This document shows, piece after piece, positions 55,530 through 64,000 of a stretch of DNA of 64,000 nucleotides. The DNA comes from a virus. Numbering within the stretch: position 1 is the stretch's first letter; each line of letters opens with the position of its first letter. The notes below the pieces were generated by a model. It was given only the letters and a program-made list of their open reading frames with translations, did not search any database and was not told the origin of the DNA. Both the position numbers and the translations under genes were made by a program. The stretch is from positions 64,001 through 128,000 of IMG/VR virus record IMGVR_UViG_3300027791_000007. One strand, 5' to 3'.

Positions 55530-57704
55530 TTAACCTCCTACCTCTGTAAATGCGACACCAGTTCTTACGGCGACAAAGTTAAGAGTAATAAAGTTGATAC
55601 TTCTGTTAGGTTTAACATAGATATCTGCAACAAACTCATTTCTGTCAATTACTTGTCCAGTATTATTAGTACCGTCAGCAACAACCTTAAAGTCTGTTAT
55701 TCCTCTTCTTCCTTGTACATCTCTAAGGAATGGTTCTACTAAGTTTCTAAATTGTGCCCTCGTAAATTCATCGTTGAACTCAAAGAGTTGGAACTTAGCA
55801 GCAGTTGCGATTGCTTTTTCTAATACCAAGAACAACCTTCTAACATTAATTCTGTCGAAAGCACTTGGTTTTGATAATGCAGTCTTATCACCGAATAGTA
55901 CAACACCTTGGCCTGGGAAGTTAACAACTGGATTAATCCTTGCACGATACAATATATCTCTTTGAGATTTACTTGGATTGTAAGCAAGTTTTACAGCGCC
56001 TCTAACATTTCCTCTATTGAAACCGCCTGGTGAAAACCAAGGATCAGCAACATTGTCTGTGTTTGCACATAGTCCAGCAGTATCTCCGTTCAATGGAACG
56101 AATCTAAACTGGTCGTTGTATTTGTCATACATGTACTTGTAACCACTGTCAAACACCATGTAAGATGATGATGGGCAGTTATCAAATGCAGATTTAACAT
56201 TATCAGTTTGTGTTACCGAATCTGCAATACCAACTACAGCATTTCTGTGGGGTGATACAAATCCTACACAATCTTTTCTAAACTCAACCAAATCTGTAAT
56301 CATAGTAACATGTGTGTCCATACCAGTTTCAGTATCAGCAGCGATACTTGACGGCCCACCTAATACTAGGTTGATGTCAATACTCTCTACATCTTTGAAC
56401 TTATCGTATGCAAGTGCAATTTCACCAGCAGATACACTAAAATCATCTGCACCACCGTTAAGTTGTGATTCATATGCACTAGTAACAGCAGTGTATGCAC
56501 CACCTTCTTCTAGTAGAATATCACTACCAGCATTAGTTGATGAACCATCTGTACCGTCTAAGATAACATTGTCACCTTCGTTAGTACCAGAAGCATCTGT
56601 TCCGTTCAATAATATTTCGTTACCAGTTTGTAAATCTGTTCCCCAGTTAGTACCAGATGAAGTAATTTCTTCAGCTTTACTTGTTGGGATATCAGAAGTT
56701 ACTGGATGATCCATCCAATAAATCAAAGTTGATTGTCTGTAGACTACATCTGGATAATAGTTACTCTGTCCTTGAGCAGTTTTTCCATTTACGTTTTTAG
56801 AAAGACTTGCAAAAATTTCAAGCACACCTAGAGTTCTTTGTCCTGCTGTATCACTATCAAAACCAGCAATAGTTCCAGTTGTGTCGAAAACTACAATGTG
56901 TAGTTCATCGCCTGTACCTCTACCATTTTGAGTTGCCCAAGCAGATGTGCCTGGGGCACCATCAAACAAGTCATAAAATTTCCACCTACGTCTGATAAAT
57001 GTACCAGTAGAAAGTGCGGCAACCAAACCAGTTCCGTTTACGTTGTCAAGTTCTCTGATTGTTGCAGTGTTGTTAGTAATATCAATTGCAGTCACTTCAT
57101 ATTGTTTATCTTCATGTCCACTTACTTGTGTAGTAAATGCAGAAGATGTGAAGAACGAAAGTATATCTCCAATATTAATTTCGTTATCTGCAACATCAAC
57201 ATCGTCTAGTGTAATTGAAGTTGCACCAGAAGCAGCCGGTGCAGCGACTTTATTTGCAGTAGTTAAATTTTGTTCGTAAGCACTTGCACTAGGACATACA
57301 GAAACAGCAATACTATTTCCTTCTGATCCAGAAGTTCTTGATGCCCACAAACCAACAGTTCCTTGCCCTTCAGCAAAAGATGTTGTATAGTGGTCAGTTG
57401 ATCTTATTAGTAGTCCACTCGCCTTTGATGTTGCGTTTAAAACACCAGATTCGATACGAACCACTCTTAGAGCATCTGAATATTGTAAAAAGTTTGCGGC
57501 TGTAAACCAAGTTTCGTAGTTACTAGAATTAGGTTTTCCAAAGATTTTTAATAGTTCTTCTTCCGATCCAATTGCAGTAACCTCACCGACAGGCCCCTTT
57601 TCAAATGGCCCAGCAATTGCACCAATAGATGTTGCAACAGCAGGAACTACATTTGTTAAGTCGACCTCTTTAACTTGGACGCCAGGTGATACTAGAAATG
57701 CCAT
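55530..57704 (-). CDS. gp18: Tail sheath protein gp18
   Basis: SPGVQVKEVDLT, PWFSPGG.NRG, FGDKT, FDRINVRRLF, FEFNDEFTR. Confidence 0.98.
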   Translation of the reverse strand: MAFLVSPGVQVKEVDLTNVVPAVATSIGAIAGPFEKGPVGEVTAIGSEEELLKIFGKPNSSNYETWFTAANFLQYSDALRVVRIESGVLNATSKASGLLIRSTDHYTTSFAEGQGTVGLWASRTSGSEGNSIAVSVCPSASAYEQNLTTANKVAAPAASGATSITLDDVDVADNEINIGDILSFFTSSAFTTQVSGHEDKQYEVTAIDITNNTATIRELDNVNGTGLVAALSTGTFIRRRWKFYDLFDGAPGTSAWATQNGRGTGDELHIVVFDTTGTIAGFDSDTAGQRTLGVLEIFASLSKNVNGKTAQGQSNYYPDVVYRQSTLIYWMDHPVTSDIPTSKAEEITSSGTNWGTDLQTGNEILLNGTDASGTNEGDNVILDGTDGSSTNAGSDILLEEGGAYTAVTSAYESQLNGGADDFSVSAGEIALAYDKFKDVESIDINLVLGGPSSIAADTETGMDTHVTMITDLVEFRKDCVGFVSPHRNAVVGIADSVTQTDNVKSAFDNCPSSSYMVFDSGYKYMYDKYNDQFRFVPLNGDTAGLCANTDNVADPWFSPGGFNRGNVRGAVKLAYNPSKSQRDILYRARINPVVNFPGQGVVLFGDKTALSKPSAFDRINVRRLFLVLEKAIATAAKFQLFEFNDEFTRAQFRNLVEPFLRDVQGRRGITDFKVVADGTNNTGQVIDRNEFVADIYVKPNRSINFITLNFVAVRTGVAFTEVGG

Positions 57705-57766
57705 GATTTACTCCTTGTCCTTTAAGTTATGCCCGTTTAGCATTGTTCTTACTTAATCATTACTTT

Positions 57767-57774
57767 TATTTATA
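57767..57774 (-). promoter_or_regulatory. T4-type late promoter TATAAATA (gp18)
   Basis: Exact consensus. Confidence 0.8.
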
Positions 57775-57817
57775 ATTTACCGTTTCTTAAAAACCCACAT
57801 TTATATGTATTTAATCA

Positions 57818-57825
57818 TATAAATA
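57818..57825 (+). promoter_or_regulatory. T4-type late promoter TATAAATA on plus strand
   Basis: Exact consensus 5 nt before the ATG of the only plus-strand gene. Confidence 0.7.
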
Positions 57826-57830
57826 GTAGT

Positions 57831-58130
57831 ATGACAACACACTATGAAAAATACAAAGACACTATTAAAAAGGTTGCAAGAAGAAACTATCGCAAACGAG
57901 GCGTTTGGTTAAACAATATTCTAGCAAATCAGTCTTGTACACACTGTGGTGAATCAGAAACAGTCTGTCTCAAATTCTATCCTCACGATAATGTAATTCG
58001 CTCTCAAACCAAAAGAAAAGGTATGAACGATGATAGCAGAGAACAAATACAAGAATTGATTGATAACTCTAAGGTTGTTTGTTCTAACTGTTGGATTAAA
58101 CTAGATAGTGATTTGATAGAATTTCTCTAA
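57831..58130 (+). CDS. HNH-like Zn-binding protein (degenerate HNH endonuclease)
   Basis: CTHCGE...CLKFYPHD...VVCSNC; fills gap between minus-strand genes. Confidence 0.7.
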   Translation: MTTHYEKYKDTIKKVARRNYRKRGVWLNNILANQSCTHCGESETVCLKFYPHDNVIRSQTKRKGMNDDSREQIQELIDNSKVVCSNCWIKLDSDLIEFL

Positions 58131-58678
58131 TCAATATTTCCAGCAACCATTACTCTGTCATGTTCACATTCTTGTGGTGGTACACAATGCATGTTATATT
58201 GATATTTATCATTTGCAAGTATTCCATTCCAAAAAATTAAAGTATCTTCTTCTGGTATAATTTCTAAATTTCTTTGTTCAAATACTAAGGGTGAACACTT
58301 AGGACAACATTCTGCATAGTAAGTCCATGCCCATACAACACTATGTATATGTGCTGTCGCTTCATCACCCCTCTGATATATTGCACCCCAACAATCTTTT
58401 GTTTCCCATCTTCTAGCATGTCCAGTAAAATAGTTTAATACATCTATTACTGAGTCTGATATTTCCCCAAAGATTGGATTAAAATGATTCATATGCCAAC
58501 TAGTTCTGTGTTCAGCGACTATATTGGTAGACTTGCCTGGATGATTTTTTAAATTAAATGCATCATCTTTTATTATACTTTTGATTAGAAGTCTTTTATC
58601 CGTAGGTATATTTAACTTAACTTTACCAATTGGATGAATAGTCTCTAACAATTGGAGCCCACTTTGTTCCATATTCAT
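58127..58678 (-). CDS. Putative 2OG-Fe(II) oxygenase (HxH type)
   Basis: CWGAIY..GD.A..HIH, WTYY, LIFW...HCVPPQ...RVMVAGN. Confidence 0.75.
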   Translation of the reverse strand: MNMEQSGLQLLETIHPIGKVKLNIPTDKRLLIKSIIKDDAFNLKNHPGKSTNIVAEHRTSWHMNHFNPIFGEISDSVIDVLNYFTGHARRWETKDCWGAIYQRGDEATAHIHSVVWAWTYYAECCPKCSPLVFEQRNLEIIPEEDTLIFWNGILANDKYQYNMHCVPPQECEHDRVMVAGNID

Positions 58679-60260
58679 CTACCATCTCCCCAATATTTTC
58701 ATCTTCTAAACCATCTACTATAAATCCGAAAGGAGCCATATCTTGTTCTATTTGGTTTTTATTTTCTTGTAACATGCGTTCTCGCATATCCATGTTAGTT
58801 AATTCTTTAAAATACGTTTGGTCAATCGACCATGCAAACATAAACAAACATGCAACCAAATCATCGTTACATCCATCGTCTGCTTGAAAAGACGATCCTT
58901 TTACTATGAATGTTGATAATTCGTTTATCATATCATAATCTTGTACTATCATTTTATTATCTTCGATCATCTGTTTTAGATTAGAACAACCAATCTTCTT
59001 AACTGCTTTAGTTGTTCTTACCCCCAACTGTGCCTTACCACCACTAAATCCACCACCCATGATTTGTCCAGCACGACCTCTCATAGATGCCATAACTAGA
59101 TTATCATATTCTAAATCAAACTGTAATGTATTAGCAACTTGTTCACCGATATCATTTACCTCTACCAAAACAAATGCTTGATTATATGCTCTTGCAACAT
59201 CATATATTTTTTGTGGGAACAATAGTGGTTTTATTTCGTTATCTCTGTACTTCGCACATATTTTATATGGTATCTGTGTTACGTCAAAAACAACAAAGGC
59301 AGAGTAATCACTCTCTACTCCTCTTGCAACGTCCACCGTCATAAAATAAGTATGATCTTTTTCTGGTGGATAATAAACATCCAAACCTTTATTAGATTGT
59401 ATCGGAGTCTTATATGCAAGTTCTCTTAGTTTGCGTGGCGAAATAAGTGTATCAATAGAACCTAAAAACTCACACTCAAACTCTGTGTTAAACTGTTGTT
59501 CACTTGTATTCGCAATAGTTTCTTTCTTCCATTTCTCATCTCGGCCTGGTACTTCTGACCAATGAACCTCAATAGGTATATAACTATTTCGTTTTTCTTC
59601 TGCTTCTGTCCATATCTTATAGAACATGTTCATACCGTGTGGTGTGGAAACAATCATAACCTTTGTTGTTTTACCAGAAGAAATGGTAGGATACACAGAA
59701 CTAAAAAATTGTTCTGCTACGTTGCTGGGTACATATGCAAACTCATCCAAGAAAATAATATTATAAGAACCACCACGAACGGCAGATGCTGAAGTAGATG
59801 ACGCCAAAATTTTAGAACCGTTTTCAAGTTCAAGACTCCCTTTGTTCCAAGACATAACTCCTTGTTGTAACCACTTGGGAAGATGTTCATACGCAAGTTG
59901 CAGTCTCCCCAATAAATCTCTCGCAGTTGCGGCCTTGTTTGCAAGTATAGCAATATTAACTGCTGGATTAAATAAAGCATAGTGTAACAAATACGACACC
60001 ATTGTTGTGGACTTACCAGACTGTCTAGGTAATTTACATATAGTAAAACGATTACTGTGGAATGTACCAACCATTTCTTTTTGAAAAGGATACATCGTAA
60101 ATGGTACTAAACCTTCATCAAGATTAATAATCTTCACATAGTTTTGAATAAAGTATAGTGGGTCTTCCATACAACTAGCATATTCTTGCAGTTCTTTCTT
60201 AGTCCAGTTCTGCTGTACATTGGCCTTTTTAAGATTTGGATTACCTAGATAAGTTTCCAT
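58623..60260 (-). CDS. gp17: Terminase large subunit gp17
   Basis: YLGNPNLK, PRQSGKST, IFLDEFA, VSTPHG, VDVARG..SDYS, DDLV. Confidence 0.98.
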   Translation of the reverse strand: METYLGNPNLKKANVQQNWTKKELQEYASCMEDPLYFIQNYVKIINLDEGLVPFTMYPFQKEMVGTFHSNRFTICKLPRQSGKSTTMVSYLLHYALFNPAVNIAILANKAATARDLLGRLQLAYEHLPKWLQQGVMSWNKGSLELENGSKILASSTSASAVRGGSYNIIFLDEFAYVPSNVAEQFFSSVYPTISSGKTTKVMIVSTPHGMNMFYKIWTEAEEKRNSYIPIEVHWSEVPGRDEKWKKETIANTSEQQFNTEFECEFLGSIDTLISPRKLRELAYKTPIQSNKGLDVYYPPEKDHTYFMTVDVARGVESDYSAFVVFDVTQIPYKICAKYRDNEIKPLLFPQKIYDVARAYNQAFVLVEVNDIGEQVANTLQFDLEYDNLVMASMRGRAGQIMGGGFSGGKAQLGVRTTKAVKKIGCSNLKQMIEDNKMIVQDYDMINELSTFIVKGSSFQADDGCNDDLVACLFMFAWSIDQTYFKELTNMDMRERMLQENKNQIEQDMAPFGFIVDGLEDENIGEMVDEYGTKWAPIVRDYSSNW

Positions 60261-61218
60261 AAAATTTATTTTCTCTTTCTATTCTTTCTTCTAATATATC
60301 AGTTGTTACTCTTTGGTAATAATTACTCTCTTTGCACCATTCATTATATCTATCAACACATTCAGAAAAATTCTCTATCTTATTTCTTTTATCAAGTAAA
60401 GTATTCATTTTTAATGGAACACCCCACAAGAGTCTTTTCTGTTTTACTAGACTACTTATGTATTCTTCAAACCTTATAGATTTTAACAGTGAACCTAAAC
60501 CAATATTATCAACACCAATATTACTAAGATTGTATGTTGTCTTATTATATTCATCAAAACTTATACCTTTCATTTCATGTTCTATTCCAGTTAATTTCCA
60601 AAGCATATGGTCTGTATTGTATGCAAATTCATTATAATCAACTTCAATAGCTGTAGGAAAATACTTATCTACCCACCACTTATATCTAAGATACATTTTT
60701 AATTTTTTATTAAATAAATTTAAATCAACTTTGTAGTTTTCATCTTTGACATTATTTCTATGTTCGTCTACACTAAAAACATTTCTAATCTTATTAGTAT
60801 CCCTAATACCCCAACTTAAAGCGTATTCAAATGGATCTCTTGTACAATAAAAAATCTTTTGATAATGTCTGTTTAAAAAAGGATACCACTCTCTTGTACC
60901 ACCAGCTTTTTTACCAGCCATTACAGCTCTTTCTTTCATCACATAATGTGCTAATCTAGAAACTAAAGAACTTCCAGTATTGTTTTCTAAAAGTTGTATA
61001 ACTCTTTCTAGTGGTTGTCCATATCGTATATATGTGTAATCAGGGCCTCTAGGCACTTTGTGTACAATTTTTACAATATTATTATTGTATAATTCTAATC
61101 CTGCAGCTATTTCATGTGTATTAGTATAATCTAATCCAGCACTATTTAAAAATACTGTAAGACTTCTTTGTAAGTAGGTTGAACCTACTCCATCTGGAGT
61201 CAATATCAAATAATTCAT
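60241..61218 (-). CDS. Putative sulfotransferase-like P-loop protein
   Basis: N-terminal TPDGVGSTYL (5'-PSB-like), CTRDPFEYALSW (3'-PB-like RxP...S), later YNEF. Confidence 0.5.
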   Translation of the reverse strand: MNYLILTPDGVGSTYLQRSLTVFLNSAGLDYTNTHEIAAGLELYNNNIVKIVHKVPRGPDYTYIRYGQPLERVIQLLENNTGSSLVSRLAHYVMKERAVMAGKKAGGTREWYPFLNRHYQKIFYCTRDPFEYALSWGIRDTNKIRNVFSVDEHRNNVKDENYKVDLNLFNKKLKMYLRYKWWVDKYFPTAIEVDYNEFAYNTDHMLWKLTGIEHEMKGISFDEYNKTTYNLSNIGVDNIGLGSLLKSIRFEEYISSLVKQKRLLWGVPLKMNTLLDKRNKIENFSECVDRYNEWCKESNYYQRVTTDILEERIERENKFYGNLSR

Positions 61219-61221
61219 GCA

Positions 61222-61614
61222 TCACTTTCCCTTTAACATCTTTTGTAATTCAGCAGTTGAACCAACAAACAATGCATTAGTAACATTCTTAGGAGCATTA
61301 CTGGGTACTTCTTTAAGTTTTCTCATCTTCTCTTGTAAGTCGCCCAACTTCTCTGTTACTTCTGCTACTTGTTTTATAAGATTACCAGCAACTTCATATG
61401 CTCTTGGATGATCAGATTCCTTTGCAAGTTCTAATATACCATCAATTGCATGAGAACCCTTTTCTACAAGATTATAAAAGTTCTCTCGTTGATACTTGTA
61501 ATCATTGTCAACGTCACCCCAATCTTCTCTTTGACTTTTCTTTGGTGTAACATCTATAAGGTCTTTACCTTCTTCGATAGGTATACCCAGAGATTCTGCT
61601 ATTTCAATACTCAT
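61222..61614 (-). CDS. gp16: Terminase small subunit gp16
   Basis: DYKYQRENFY.LVEKG, HPRAYEVAG.LIK, NALFVGSTAELQK. Confidence 0.93.
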   Translation of the reverse strand: MSIEIAESLGIPIEEGKDLIDVTPKKSQREDWGDVDNDYKYQRENFYNLVEKGSHAIDGILELAKESDHPRAYEVAGNLIKQVAEVTEKLGDLQEKMRKLKEVPSNAPKNVTNALFVGSTAELQKMLKGK

Positions 61615-61616
61615 AA

Positions 61617-62411
61617 CTAACTACTAGGTTCGCCGTCCTCAAAGAATGAGGTCGTTTCATTAAATCCAAAATCATCATCATCTGCACTTGCAGTTGCTGG
61701 TGCTGGGGTAACACTATATTTCTGTTGTCTAGTTGGTGTATTCTCTGGTAAGTCAGTATACTGGTCAACTGTTGCAGTTTTGATAACTGCCTGTGACGTA
61801 ACTGGGCCATATAAGTAAAATTTACATGTGAAAGATAAGTTATAGATAACTGCCCTTCTCTCTGCAAAGTCTCCTTGATAACTATCCTCGTAACTGATAT
61901 CGTTTAGAACAATAGGTACATCTCTTTTGATTCCCATATCAACCATATCATTGATTGTCAATGTGTAGTCTGGTTGAAAGTATGGTAAAATTTGTTCTAC
62001 GATTTGTAGTGCATCGTCTGATTGTTTTGCCATAATGTATAGTGTAAAATTCAAATTATATGGAACAGGCATATATTGCATATCCATTCTATTTGACTTA
62101 TCATCACTACCACTATCTTTTACTCTTTTGAATTTCTGTACACGATTTAATTTTCGTGTGGGATCATAAGTCATTCCAGTAATTTCAAATCCAATTCTAG
62201 GTAAAGTAATTGCAACCTTGGATGCTAAACTTGGGTCTTGATTAAGTCTAGATAAAAACTTTTGTTGTGGGCCATATGCCAATGGCACCTTCATTGATTG
62301 AGTCACTTTTCCGGCATTGTCTTTTCTAACAATACTAATATTATTAAATAATGAACCGAAAGAGACTACCACTTTTCGCATACTTTCGTGGTAAAATTGT
62401 TGTCCTAACAT
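61617..62411 (-). CDS. gp15: Tail sheath stabiliser gp15
   Basis: FYHE..RK.VV.FG.LFN, VPLAYGP, LPRIGFE, EQILPYFQP. Confidence 0.96.
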   Translation of the reverse strand: MLGQQFYHESMRKVVVSFGSLFNNISIVRKDNAGKVTQSMKVPLAYGPQQKFLSRLNQDPSLASKVAITLPRIGFEITGMTYDPTRKLNRVQKFKRVKDSGSDDKSNRMDMQYMPVPYNLNFTLYIMAKQSDDALQIVEQILPYFQPDYTLTINDMVDMGIKRDVPIVLNDISYEDSYQGDFAERRAVIYNLSFTCKFYLYGPVTSQAVIKTATVDQYTDLPENTPTRQQKYSVTPAPATASADDDDFGFNETTSFFEDGEPSS

Positions 62412-62413
62412 AT

Positions 62414-63313
62414 CTAAGCTCCTGCATCACCAAATGGGTTTCTCTCACTGAAATCAAGAATATTCTCATTGGTTATTTGTTGTGTTATAAATTCATTTTG
62501 TGCCGACTTATCACTATCCATGTCACCTACTATATATTCTTCTGAAATTAAGTAACTGGTTGTTCCAGTATCAGCATCATTCTCTAACTGTAGAGAACCT
62601 ATTTCATTCTCTAGTGTAAATTGATACACTAGAGCATCAGTACTATTGACATCTTCGATAGAATCAATTGCTTCAATACCAGTATCTAATCTACTCATAT
62701 CGTATTCGTACTGTCTGCATCTTAGTTTGTAAATAGGATTGTTATCTAGTTGATGAAATGGAGCATCATGGTCAACAAAACCAATCTCAAACATTTTACC
62801 CAATACTGGATGATAAACCAAATCGCCTTCTAAAGGTCTATCTGCATCTGTAGCATCGGTTTCGTTTAGAAGATAATGATAATTTGATCCAAATGTTTCA
62901 AACTGTGTTCCATCGGTAATTGTTCTGGTTGCATCTTCCAGTTCGATTGAACCACCAGTAGTATCTGTACCATCTTCTATTGTAAACTGTTTAGTTAATT
63001 CTTGAAATCTTTCTTTATGGACAACAAATGTAATTTCATTTCTATTGTCCAAACCAAACTGTGTCATTAATTCTTTATCACCAGCATATCCACTTTCGGC
63101 ATCCTCAACATACATCTCTATGGGTTGTTGATTTCTATACTTTGCAAGAGAATCTTCACCAAGAACATTGTCTAAAGCTACAGCTGTTCTGTCCACATAA
63201 TACACATCATGACCGTGTATTTGGATTGCTTCTTTTATCAAGTCTTTATATAGGTTTCTCTCACTTGCAATACTTGTTAAGTTACTCGTATGAAATGCCT
63301 TATTGACTGCCAT
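62414..63313 (-). CDS. gp14: Neck protein gp14
   Basis: EAIQIHGHDVYY, RPLEGDLVY, FEI.FV.HD.PF.QL, DFSERNPFG. Confidence 0.93.
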   Translation of the reverse strand: MAVNKAFHTSNLTSIASERNLYKDLIKEAIQIHGHDVYYVDRTAVALDNVLGEDSLAKYRNQQPIEMYVEDAESGYAGDKELMTQFGLDNRNEITFVVHKERFQELTKQFTIEDGTDTTGGSIELEDATRTITDGTQFETFGSNYHYLLNETDATDADRPLEGDLVYHPVLGKMFEIGFVDHDAPFHQLDNNPIYKLRCRQYEYDMSRLDTGIEAIDSIEDVNSTDALVYQFTLENEIGSLQLENDADTGTTSYLISEEYIVGDMDSDKSAQNEFITQQITNENILDFSERNPFGDAGA

Positions 63314-63316
63314 AGT

Positions 63317-64000
63317 TTATCCTATCATATAGTTAACTGGAGTTTCAAACATTAACTGTATTGTTTCTTCGAGTTTATTGATTTCTTCTTGGGCTTGTGA
63401 ATAAATTGTTTCGCCATTCATAGTTACACCACCCAACATTGCGACACCACTAAATTTTGAGAGGTTTGCACCCCACTGCCTTTTTATCAAAGCCGTTGCA
63501 TATCTTTTTAGATAGATGTCATCGAATATATCTGTATAGGTTGATGGATCTAGTTTACGATAACACTCAATGATTAAAAACTCATCTTTTGTTACTGCCT
63601 GAACATCCATATCCAGATATAATCTATTCTGGTGTTGGTTAAATCTAATTGGAACTTCTCCTACCAATATGTGTGATAGATGATCTAATTGTTGCATAGT
63701 CATTTCATATGATATAATAGAAGTAGAACTAAAATCAAAAAGGTCATTTAATCTCATTTGATATCTAATATCAAACATACTGTTTGTGGATGAATCATCA
63801 AATGGAAAGATGTTTAAAACTGAAACCACAGAAGATGGCATCGGTATAAAATTTTGGCCTTCTAGAAAAGAACTAGTAATAGTACTGTCTACTGAATCTG
63901 TTCCAGTAGTGCTTGCATTAGTTGACCATCTTGTGATATCAGCAGATGTAATTTTATATTTTAAATACATTCTTTCAATACCATCGTAATGATACTGTGC
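63317..64000 (-). CDS. gp13: Neck protein gp13 (5' end outside window)
   Basis: MFDIRYQMRLND, LKRYATALIKRQWGANLSKF.G..M.GGVT.NG. Confidence 0.93.
   Translation of the reverse strand, partial: AQYHYDGIERMYLKYKITSADITRWSTNASTTGTDSVDSTITSSFLEGQNFIPMPSSVVSVLNIFPFDDSSTNSMFDIRYQMRLNDLFDFSSTSIISYEMTMQQLDHLSHILVGEVPIRFNQHQNRLYLDMDVQAVTKDEFLIIECYRKLDPSTYTDIFDDIYLKRYATALIKRQWGANLSKFSGVAMLGGVTMNGETIYSQAQEEINKLEETIQLMFETPVNYMIG

Noticed and set aside
17441-60260. Inteins or group I introns in gp41, gp43, uvsW, gp46 or gp17
   Set aside because: ORFs are continuous and of canonical length, with no intein splice motifs or LAGLIDADG insertions seen
1153-63989. Numerous plus-strand and nested ORFs in the six-frame track (e.g. 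6578-7060, 36122-36595, 50760-51251)
   Set aside because: They are antisense shadows of well-supported minus-strand genes: Ser/Phe/Leu-rich, with no SD or recognisable motifs
1-64000. CRISPR array, DGR/reverse transcriptase, integrase, or stop-codon reassignment
   Set aside because: No regularly spaced direct repeats or RT/integrase motifs seen; core genes are intact in the standard code and end with TAA, TAG and TGA

Overview
AT-rich (roughly one-third G+C) 64-kb segment of a T4-like myovirus genome, resembling marine pelagiphage/cyanophage-type phages. Almost every gene is on the minus strand. Reading from the right end: neck, tail and head morphogenesis genes (gp13-gp23, gp3), recombination and late-transcription genes (uvsY, uvsW, gp55, gp47, gp46), a CobT/CobS-like VWA-MoxR pair, and the replisome (gp45, gp44, gp62, regA, gp43, uvsX, gp40, gp41). 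A block of late genes follows (internal/core-like proteins, enzymes, virion proteins, spanins). There are two tRNAs (Arg-TCT, Gly-TCC), about 7 sigma70-type promoters and at least 12 T4 late promoters (TATAAATA). Highlights: (1) a putative DNA-hypermodification cluster at the T4 bgt/gene 42 locus (DUF4338/DruA-like GNAT, GIY-YIG-ParB fusion, beta-glucosyltransferase-like, TET-associated-type glycosyltransferase, Mom-like acyltransferase, MazG-like enzyme), with no dCMP hydroxymethylase; (2) a codon-level footprint in which GGWCC appears absent and CCGG/CCWGG survive almost only when overlapped by GpC, suggesting GpC-directed cytosine modification; (3) several enzymes beginning with T4-style capsid-targeting sequences, suggesting injected cargo; (4) small ORFs missing from the ORF track, including a metallothionein-like Cys-rich peptide; (5) a possible PAPS/sulfotransferase module. 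All family assignments come from motif recognition by eye, not from database searches.
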